Both the position numbers and the translations under genes were made by a program. Positions 36,065 to 42,384 of a stretch of 42,384 bases of DNA are shown in pieces. Each line of letters opens with the position of its first letter. The stretch's first letter is position 1. The DNA comes from a virus (lineage: Duplodnaviria > Caudoviricetes): the IMG/VR virus record IMGVR_UViG_3300025018_000041, positions 1 to 42,384 of that record, one strand, 5' to 3'. The notes below the pieces were generated by a model. It searched no databases. It had not been told where the DNA came from and was given only the letters and a program-made list of their open reading frames with translations.

Positions 36065-36877
36065 ATGTACTTTCAGGGAAAAAAACCACCACTCGGAACA
36101 CGAATAGACACCAGCTCCTCTTTAGGGAGGGGTTTGGTGGGGTGTTGGCTTTTCAACGAAGGAGCTGGAATGAAGCTGTTTGACATCTCGGGATACAACA
36201 ACACCGGCACCTTAACCAACATGGAAGCCGCCGACTGGGTCCAAGGGAAGCGTGGCAAGGCGCTGTCGTTTGACGGAAGCGACGAGTATGTGGATTTAGG
36301 AACATCTGCAGGTAATTTTAACAATACCGACTCGTTTTCTGTTTCTGCCTGGATTAATGCGAACACCTTGAATAGTACTAATCGTTGCATTGTAAATCGC
36401 GTCACTGGTTCGCAAGCAAACGGTTGGGAAATGCGCATAACAACGGCTAATAAGGTTCGCTTTATTTTAGCGTCTACTGACGCAAATTATAACGGTCAAG
36501 ATACCACCGTATTAAGCACTAATACATGGTATCACGTTGTAGGAACATGGAATGGCAGCGATGCGAAGATATTTCTCAACGGGGTTGAAGATACTTCTAC
36601 TCCTATAACGCAAAATTCCGTTGGAACGATTACTGGTACAAGAACATTGGCGGTTGGAGCGAACGCGATAACGTCATCCAGTTATTTTCCTGGCTCCATC
36701 GACGACGTCCGCATCTACAACAGAGCTCTTACAGCTCAGGAGGTAAAAGAACTCTATGTAAACCCTAACGCAGGATTAAGTTTTATTGATGGAGGAGTGT
36801 GGGAGGCGGCGATAGGGGGAAGAACTCTTACAGGAGTTTCAACCATAACAGGATTATCAACATTAACTTTTTCATAA
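36065..36877 (+). CDS. LamG/concanavalin A-like lectin domain protein
   Basis: LVGCWLFNEG, ALSFDGSDEYV, FSVSAWI, WYHVVGTW, GSIDDVRIYNRALT. Confidence 0.9.
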   Translation: MYFQGKKPPLGTRIDTSSSLGRGLVGCWLFNEGAGMKLFDISGYNNTGTLTNMEAADWVQGKRGKALSFDGSDEYVDLGTSAGNFNNTDSFSVSAWINANTLNSTNRCIVNRVTGSQANGWEMRITTANKVRFILASTDANYNGQDTTVLSTNTWYHVVGTWNGSDAKIFLNGVEDTSTPITQNSVGTITGTRTLAVGANAITSSSYFPGSIDDVRIYNRALTAQEVKELYVNPNAGLSFIDGGVWEAAIGGRTLTGVSTITGLSTLTFS

Positions 36878-36878
36878 T

Positions 36879-37703
36879 ATGGCAACAAACAACTCAGCAA
36901 ACATAAAAGTAACGAATAACGCAGACGGTCTGGATGTGGCAGGCGGAACCACTGCTAGAAAATTAACCCTTAGCGGTGGCGATGTTGCTGTTGCTGGTTC
37001 AGGCTCGGCAGTGCTTACCTTTCCTTCTAGTACTGACACTATAGTGGGAAGGACTACTACTGACACGCTCACGAATAAAACCCTTACTTCACCAAAAATT
37101 AACGAGGACGTAGCCGTGACGGCTACCGCTACGGAACTTAATTATGTGGACGGCGTAACCTCGGCGATACAGACACAATTAAACGCCAAACTCGCCAATG
37201 TATCTGAAGACACAACCCCACAACTAGGTGGCGACCTAGATACAAACGGAAGCGATATTATCCTTGCTGAGAATGATGCTATTGAATACGACAATGCTGG
37301 CTCGGCTGACGAGAAGTGGACTGGTATCGTAATCGACGGAACAGCAGGGGCAACTGTAGCTGTAGGAGATTTAATTTACTTAGACGTTACCGCAACAGAG
37401 TGGCTTCTAGCTGACGCAAGTGCTGTAGGAACAGCAGGTACAGTAGTGGTAGGTCTTTGTGTCTTAGCTTCAACAGATGGTAACGCAACTAGAATTTTAT
37501 TAAATGGAACTATGAGGTCAGCCGCCTTTCCATCTTCAATAGCCCTAGGTGCGCCAGTTTATATTAGTGAAACAGCCGGAGACATAACTTCCACGAAACC
37601 TACAACTACGGATTCGGTTATTCGTGTCGTGGGGTTTGCCATTACGGCTGAACCTAACACTATCTACTTTTGCCCGTCCGTAGACCACATCACGCACACT
37701 TAA
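36879..37703 (+). CDS. Tail fibre-like structural protein
   Basis: TLTNKTLTSP, TATELNYVDGVTSAIQTQLNAK, DTTPQLGGDLD, GAPVYISETAG. Confidence 0.7.
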   Translation: MATNNSANIKVTNNADGLDVAGGTTARKLTLSGGDVAVAGSGSAVLTFPSSTDTIVGRTTTDTLTNKTLTSPKINEDVAVTATATELNYVDGVTSAIQTQLNAKLANVSEDTTPQLGGDLDTNGSDIILAENDAIEYDNAGSADEKWTGIVIDGTAGATVAVGDLIYLDVTATEWLLADASAVGTAGTVVVGLCVLASTDGNATRILLNGTMRSAAFPSSIALGAPVYISETAGDITSTKPTTTDSVIRVVGFAITAEPNTIYFCPSVDHITHT

Positions 37704-37735
37704 TGGAAAAAATTAACACTATAAAAGAATAAAAT

Positions 37736-38458
37736 ATGGCCGTAGCCTTTGATGCAGCAACAGACGGTGGAAGCGTAACAGCGACTTCCCTAACCTACGC
37801 CCACACAGTCACGGGTTCTGATACATTCCTTTTGGTTGGAATTTTGGGAAGAATTGGTGCGACTAGTTTGATTACAGGGGTTACTTACGCAGGTGTAGCG
37901 ATGACCTATTTAAGCGGTCAGCAACTTTCACCGAGCGATAGATTTTTAGAGGCTTGGTATCTTGTTGGTCCAGCTACGGGTGCGAATAACGTGGTTATTT
38001 CTGCTTCGGGGTCAGATTATATTCTATCTGCCTGTGCTTCTTATACTGGAGTAAACGCTACTGGACAGCCAGACAACACCCAGCAGTCATCTGCTGTCAA
38101 CGTAGACCCTGGACTGGCGAACACGCTAACGACTGTAGCCGATAATTGTTGGCATCTTGCGGCAGGTGGATTGGCTTCAGGAAATCCTACGGCTGGGGCA
38201 AGCACCACAAGCAGAATTCTAGCTAGTGGAAACTTAGCTTTATTCGATAATAATGCCGCTATCACTCCTGCTGGCGCCAACACTATTACAATGACTCGCT
38301 CATTGGGTTCTGACTTAGGAGCTGGAATGGAGGGGTTGTCAATTAAACCAGTTTTCGTATCATCTATTAAAACAGTTAACGGGCTTGCAAAAGCCAGCGT
38401 GAAGACCGTGAACGGTCTGGCGATAGCCAGCATAAAAACAATAAATAGTCTTGCCTAA
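37736..38458 (+). CDS. Beta-sandwich structural protein with C-terminal KTVNGLA repeats
   Basis: GVTYAGVAMT; three S(I/V)KT(V/I)NxLA units. Confidence 0.65.
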   Translation: MAVAFDAATDGGSVTATSLTYAHTVTGSDTFLLVGILGRIGATSLITGVTYAGVAMTYLSGQQLSPSDRFLEAWYLVGPATGANNVVISASGSDYILSACASYTGVNATGQPDNTQQSSAVNVDPGLANTLTTVADNCWHLAAGGLASGNPTAGASTTSRILASGNLALFDNNAAITPAGANTITMTRSLGSDLGAGMEGLSIKPVFVSSIKTVNGLAKASVKTVNGLAIASIKTINSLA

Positions 38459-38735
38459 ATACAATGATGATATGACTCACACGAACGGATACTACAGCCA
38501 GACAAGTAACGGCTACATCAAGACCAAGACTTTTATTCCAATAGTCTCTATTACTATCACGGTGTTTTTATTCGGTGCTGGGTTTTTCATAAATGCCCTA
38601 GCCAAGAATGATGATAAAATTGCTAACACTAGGGAAACTTTATCAGCGTATGGCGCGGACTTAATTAGTCTTAAAAGCCAGCTCGACAAAATTGAAGCTA
38701 AACTAGATAAGGTGTTACAAAACAATGGAAGATAA
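38451..38735 (+). CDS. Holin-like single-TM coiled-coil protein (start may be ATG 38472)
   Basis: TM FIPIVSITITVFLFGAGFFI followed by LDKIEAKLDK. Confidence 0.55.
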   Translation: MPKYNDDMTHTNGYYSQTSNGYIKTKTFIPIVSITITVFLFGAGFFINALAKNDDKIANTRETLSAYGADLISLKSQLDKIEAKLDKVLQNNGR

Positions 38736-39528
38736 ACATTACAAAAATCTAGGGTTTGTAGAACCAGTTTTAGAAGACTCCGATTATAAACTGGGGGCTT
38801 TGCCTCAAAACATCTTACAAGAGAACGGCGACTGGACTGAGTTTTTACCGCCTTTTGAAAAACAACGTAGACAGTTTGAAACGAGCAACTGTACGGCATT
38901 TGCTACGCTCAACGCCTTAGAGAGTTTAATGCTTCGCAAGTTCGGGCTAAAAGTAAATTATTCTGACCGAGCATTGGGGGTTATAGCCGGAACTAGACCG
39001 CCCGGAAACGATCCGAAAACAGTGGCTCACGCTTTGCATAAATTTGGAGTGATAGATGAGGAGTTATGGCCATTCTCGCCAGACCTAAAAACAGTTGAGG
39101 AATACTACCAAGAGCTTCCCAAGAGTATCGCTAAAAACGCTCCAAAATGGCTTGATATCTACGAGTTTGGCTATGAGTATGCTTTTACCCCTAAAGACGC
39201 ACCAGAGGTCAAAATGAGTGCTATAAAAGAGAGTTTACAATATAGCCCCCTAGGTATATCGGTATATGCGTGGGCTAAAGGCGAAAATGGCAAATATATC
39301 AAAGCAGGTCAGGATAATCACTGGACGATGCTAACTAACCCGCAGGGCAAGGTGTTTGATAGTTATTTAGATGACGATGAGCCGATTAAGTTTTTAGATA
39401 AAATATCCGACAGCGCGTGGTGTATGCGGTACTATATTGAAAAGAAAACTCTGTACAAGCCAACCGACAAAGGACTGTGGTATTATGTTAAGGAATTGGT
39501 CGAGAAGATAATTAACTTATTCAGATAA
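38725..39528 (+). CDS. Papain-like (C1) cysteine peptidase
   Basis: Q...SNCTAFA, NYSDRAL, NHWTML, VFDSY. Confidence 0.75.
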   Translation: MEDKHYKNLGFVEPVLEDSDYKLGALPQNILQENGDWTEFLPPFEKQRRQFETSNCTAFATLNALESLMLRKFGLKVNYSDRALGVIAGTRPPGNDPKTVAHALHKFGVIDEELWPFSPDLKTVEEYYQELPKSIAKNAPKWLDIYEFGYEYAFTPKDAPEVKMSAIKESLQYSPLGISVYAWAKGENGKYIKAGQDNHWTMLTNPQGKVFDSYLDDDEPIKFLDKISDSAWCMRYYIEKKTLYKPTDKGLWYYVKELVEKIINLFR

Positions 39529-39530
39529 TT

Positions 39531-39608
39531 ATGATTGACGAACAGACTACTCCTGAAACTACCGAAGAAGTTGTTGAGGAGACTTCCGAGGAAACTACAG
39601 AGGAATAA
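39531..39608 (+). CDS. 25-aa acidic peptide (not in ORF track)
   Basis: MIDEQTTPETTEEVVEETSEETTEE; starts 2 nt after the upstream stop and ends just before a terminator. Confidence 0.45.
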   Translation: MIDEQTTPETTEEVVEETSEETTEE

Positions 39609-39612
39609 AAAC

Positions 39613-39656
39613 AAAAAGACGTTAGGGCCTAACTGGATATACCTAACGTCTTTTTT
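39613..39656 (+). terminator. Intrinsic terminator, possibly bidirectional
   Basis: aaaaagacgttagg / cctaacgtctttttt. Confidence 0.75.
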
Positions 39657-39748
39657 AGTAACGCTACACACTATTTACAACGATTTGACAAGGTTTCTAT
39701 TACTTATCCACTTTTTTATTACTAGGAAATTTGGTATAATAAGGTTAT

Positions 39749-40348
39749 ATGGACATAAAATATCACGAGTCTTATAAACCCGGAAGTACAAGGTATTTTG
39801 TAATGCACCACACTGGAGGAGTAAACGATGATGCTCTTGCTCGTACACAACGCTTAACAGCCGAGCATATTGATAACGCCCATAGGCAACGCTGGAACTT
39901 TCAATCTTCTCTAGGACGATTTGGAGGTTACAATTTTTACATAGAAAAATACGGCAAGGTAACTCAATTCCGAGCGATCGGTGAGGAGACCGCACATACT
40001 AAGGGATATAATTATGATGGGATAGCAATCGGAATTTGTCTCGCCGGAAATTTCCTGTCTGACGAACGCCCGACACCAGAACAACTACTGGCTCTTAAAA
40101 ATCTGATGCAACAGCTTCCGTCAGTAAATGTTTACAATGTCGTGCCTCACAGATACCTGCAACCAACCGAGTGCAACGCCTTGCCGGATGATTGGGGCAG
40201 AAAACTTTATATTGAAGTCATAGGAGAGAAGCTGAATGTGCTAATGCAAGTTCTCATAAAGATTTTGGATATTTTGCGCTCCCGAAAAATGGGGATAAAA
40301 GTCGGCGCACAATATCCAGATTGTTTATTATTAGATACAAAAGGATAA
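39749..40348 (+). CDS. N-acetylmuramoyl-L-alanine amidase (Amidase_2) endolysin
   Basis: VMHHT, GYNFYI, AHTKGYN, GICLAGNF, PH...TEC. Confidence 0.9.
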   Translation: MDIKYHESYKPGSTRYFVMHHTGGVNDDALARTQRLTAEHIDNAHRQRWNFQSSLGRFGGYNFYIEKYGKVTQFRAIGEETAHTKGYNYDGIAIGICLAGNFLSDERPTPEQLLALKNLMQQLPSVNVYNVVPHRYLQPTECNALPDDWGRKLYIEVIGEKLNVLMQVLIKILDILRSRKMGIKVGAQYPDCLLLDTKG

Positions 40349-40354
40349 AAAATT

Positions 40355-40552
40355 ATGTCTACAGAACAAATTGCTAGGTTTGCCACAGTTATCGGTTTGA
40401 TAATCGGTTGGTTAGGAGTTAAGGAGGGGCCAAGCCAAGATGAGCTAACAGCCATTATCGGTGCGATAGTTATTCTAGGTTCAACGATTTATGGGTATTA
40501 TCGCCGATGGAAAAAGGGCGATACCAACGCTCTAGGTCATCGAGTTCTTTAA
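40355..40552 (+). CDS. Holin (two TM, basic C-terminus)
   Basis: Two hydrophobic helices then YGYYRRWKKG; follows the endolysin. Confidence 0.7.
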   Translation: MSTEQIARFATVIGLIIGWLGVKEGPSQDELTAIIGAIVILGSTIYGYYRRWKKGDTNALGHRVL

Positions 40553-40559
40553 CAACCTT

Positions 40560-40639
40560 TCTCCGTCCATCCCCCAACTTAATTGCAGGGTTCAAGGTAA
40601 TTCCCCCAGACTCATTGAGTTGGGGGATGGACGGAGATA
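40560..40639. repeat. 24-bp inverted repeat (one G-U), no U-tract
   Basis: tctccgtccatcccccaacttaat / attgagttgggggatggacggaga. Confidence 0.85.
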
Positions 40640-40685
40640 TATAGGAAACTTCTCTAAAGCCGAAACCTACCAAAGGAGGTGCCCG

Positions 40686-40835
40686 GTGTCATGCTATTGC
40701 TCTACGTGCCAACATTCCACCGGGCACCACTTCGCCGGTACCAAGATAGTGTGGTTCTTCCGCATTTACGCAGTGTACAAGTGCGATGACTGCGCTACGG
40801 CTGACATCTTCGTTTACCTGGGCATGGCCCACTAG
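40686..40835 (+). CDS. Small Zn-ribbon protein (49 aa), SD-led GTG start
   Basis: AAAGGAGGT then GTG; CSTC..H...CDDC. Confidence 0.55.
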   Translation: MSCYCSTCQHSTGHHFAGTKIVWFFRIYAVYKCDDCATADIFVYLGMAH

Positions 40836-40843
40836 GAGAGGAC

Positions 40844-41062
40844 GTGAGAACAGGCGACAACTTGGAACACGAGGAGTTTCATAGGGTCTACTGCTCCGAG
40901 TGTCAGCTCTCCCTCGGACGTCATGAACACCGAGTTGCCTTCGGCGACAAGGTCTTCCACGAGCGGTGTTGGGACATTGCAAGGAGGCGCGGGCGAAAGT
41001 CCGCCTCCTTTCTTGGCGAATCGACACCGCTGGAGGGTGTGGGGGAAACGAAAAGGGGGTGA
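40844..41062 (+). CDS. Small LIM-like Zn-finger protein (72 aa), SD-led GTG start
   Basis: GGAGAGG then GTG; CSEC...FHERC. Confidence 0.55.
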   Translation: MRTGDNLEHEEFHRVYCSECQLSLGRHEHRVAFGDKVFHERCWDIARRRGRKSASFLGESTPLEGVGETKRG

Positions 41063-41236
41063 TCAACATCTCGTAGTCCTACCCGGACTATAGTGAATCT
41101 CTCTACCGCGAGGCTTCCGTCATTACTCGCGGCCGCACGCTTCCCCTTGGGTAAGGGAGGCAACTCGCCCCCTGGGGTAAAATCCAGGGGGCTACCATTT
41201 ATTAAAAACTGTTTATCACAAATTTTAGTCGAAACT

Positions 41237-41497
41237 ATGACCTATACCTGTGAGTGTAAAAAGGAAATAAAACTCTCCCCTTCCGAGGTGGATATCTACA
41301 ACGGAAACACAGGGGCTTTGTCTTTTATGGGGTTCAAAAGGAGTATCATTCCTTGTTCTGGCTGCGGACTTGAAATGTTGCGATCCGCTGTAAATAAAAG
41401 TAGTTTTTATTCTATGTACCCTCCTAAGTGCATAGATTGTAAGAAATTTTTGCAGAGGGCAAGGAAATTCTCAAACCATCCAGTAATGCCTAATTAG
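41237..41497 (+). CDS. Cys-rich Zn-binding hypothetical protein
   Basis: MTYTCEC...CSGC...CIDC; ATG 41237 after aaact preferred over 41093. Confidence 0.6.
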   Translation: MTYTCECKKEIKLSPSEVDIYNGNTGALSFMGFKRSIIPCSGCGLEMLRSAVNKSSFYSMYPPKCIDCKKFLQRARKFSNHPVMPN

Positions 41498-41516
41498 GAC
41501 GGAGTATATTCTGAAT

Positions 41517-41861
41517 ATGAAAATAGAGTTTGACTTTCTTCCCGCTTCGCTTAACCAGCTCTTTGATATGCACTATAGGGCTAGAGCCAAGTGGACTAAA
41601 GAACGTAAAGAAACGGTGGCGTGGCTGGTCAAGCAATATGAGCCGATAACCGAGCCAGTGGATATTCACTTTTTAATGACTAGCGGGAACAAACACAAGA
41701 AAGATAGTTCCAACTACACAGGGAAGGCATGCCTAGATGGATTGGTTCTGGGCGGATTACTAAAAGACGACAACACGGATTATGTTCGGAAAGTTTCTTT
41801 TGAAATGATTTACGGCGAGAAAGACAAAACAATTATTGAATTATCCCCTATTGCAAAATAA
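41517..41861 (+). CDS. RusA-like Holliday junction resolvase
   Basis: PASLN...DSSN...KACLDGL...LKDDN...V. Confidence 0.75.
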   Translation: MKIEFDFLPASLNQLFDMHYRARAKWTKERKETVAWLVKQYEPITEPVDIHFLMTSGNKHKKDSSNYTGKACLDGLVLGGLLKDDNTDYVRKVSFEMIYGEKDKTIIELSPIAK

Positions 41862-41877
41862 ATAATCGGTGTATAAT
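41851..41877 (+). promoter_or_regulatory. Sigma70-like promoter candidate
   Basis: TTGCAA-15 nt-TATAAT. Confidence 0.45.
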
Positions 41878-41948
41878 AAAATTATTCAAAGGCGAAGCGA
41901 TACCTAATAAATATATAAAATGGCTTTTAGCTTTTGAATAAGAATACC

Positions 41949-42046
41949 TAGACTCTACTGCGACATACGCCCTTTTTCGCCTGTGAGTTCCGCCTCGTCG
42001 GATAATAAGCGAGAGCTTGGAAGATAAGGTGTTGCGGTAGAGCCTA
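41949..42046 (+). ncRNA. Candidate structured RNA hairpin domain
   Basis: 14-bp stem ctctactgcgacat/gtgttgcggtagag; all 3 non-Watson-Crick positions are G-U on the + strand. Confidence 0.45.
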
Positions 42047-42059
42047 ACCGGCCGAAAAG

Positions 42060-42095
42060 TTATCCACTTGCAAAAGTTTTAGATAGGTGTATAAT
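42060..42095 (+). promoter_or_regulatory. Promoter with overlapping DnaA-box variant
   Basis: TTATCCACT overlaps TTGCAA-16 nt-TATAAT. Confidence 0.6.
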
Positions 42096-42100
42096 GAGTG

Positions 42101-42219
42101 TGTAAGTTAGGGAATTATCCCTCCGAGCAGAAGCAATCCAATACTAGTTCTTGATTGCAATATGAGGAGAGGCGTGGCCATCCATTTGGGTGAAAACTCC
42201 CAAAAGCACGAAACTTACA
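42101..42219 (+). ncRNA. Candidate ~120-nt multibranched RNA or leader aptamer
   Basis: Closing stem tgtaagtt/aacttaca starts at the predicted TSS; internal aggga/tccct, gcaatc/gattgc, cgtg/cacg, tttggg/cccaaa. Confidence 0.45.
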
Positions 42220-42257
42220 AACATTGAAAATTTAATAATCCTGTTTGGGAATATAAA

Positions 42258-42384
42258 AGCACTTTCAACTCGTTCTGTACCCCCAAACAGGACGGAACGA
42301 GTTGAAAGTGCTTTTTTGTTTAAGCGGTGAAGAGGAAATCCTATGAGGTGTTGTATCGGACTGGCCGAGTTCGAGCGAATAGCA
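42258..42384. repeat. Terminal direct repeat (copy 2)
   Basis: Identical to 1-127. Confidence 0.95.

Noticed and set aside
39535-39777. 80-aa ORF in the track
   Set aside because: Runs through a terminator and a promoter; the ATG-started acidic peptide in another frame fits better
40689-41236. Minus-strand ORFs 40689-41069 and 40921-41163, and the 41093 start extension
   Set aside because: Expected open frames in GC-rich DNA; the + strand ORFs have SD sites and Cys/His motifs
42101-42219. Hammerhead ribozyme or 5S rRNA
   Set aside because: No CTGANGA core and no 5S conserved sequence despite the similar size
1-42384. Stop-codon reassignment, integrase/att site, tRNA genes
   Set aside because: Genes are intact in the standard code with all three stops used; no recombinase motifs or tRNA cloverleafs were recognised by eye (tRNAscan-SE would be decisive)

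Overview
This window is a complete, circularly closed dsDNA tailed-phage genome of 42,257 bp; positions 1-127 repeat exactly at 42258-42384, most likely an assembly k-mer overlap. Almost all genes are on the + strand in the standard genetic code. The early region (474-9564) holds two DNA methyltransferases, an HNH nuclease, a DUF6745-type repeat protein pair, a PD-(D/E)XK nuclease, NinB-like and SSB-like proteins and many small ORFs. It is followed by a GroEL chaperonin with no GroES, a terS-HNH-terL-portal-scaffold-capsid module, a short-tailed (P22-like) tail/ejection module with no tape measure, mosaic fibre/lectin genes, a lysis cassette (holin-like, papain-like peptidase, amidase, holin) and a RusA-like resolvase. 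I recognise no integrase, polymerase, primase, helicase or replication initiator. Most genes lack Shine-Dalgarno (SD) sites and several look leaderless; with the gene content this suggests a Patescibacteria (CPR)-type host (inference only). The most unusual signals are: (i) an ~870-nt RNA-structure-dense non-coding region across the junction, with a candidate attenuator and tandem DnaA-box-like repeats; (ii) a GC-rich, heavily base-paired island (40560-41200) whose two Zn-finger ORFs carry canonical SD sites, the first sequestered in a stem; (iii) a TGGACTGC motif in late-gene leaders; (iv) two capsid-adjacent proteins with N-terminal signal/membrane helices; (v) a stand-alone GroEL; and (vi) an AT-rich ParB-like cassette inside the large ejection protein. 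All family assignments come from motif recognition by eye, not from database searches.
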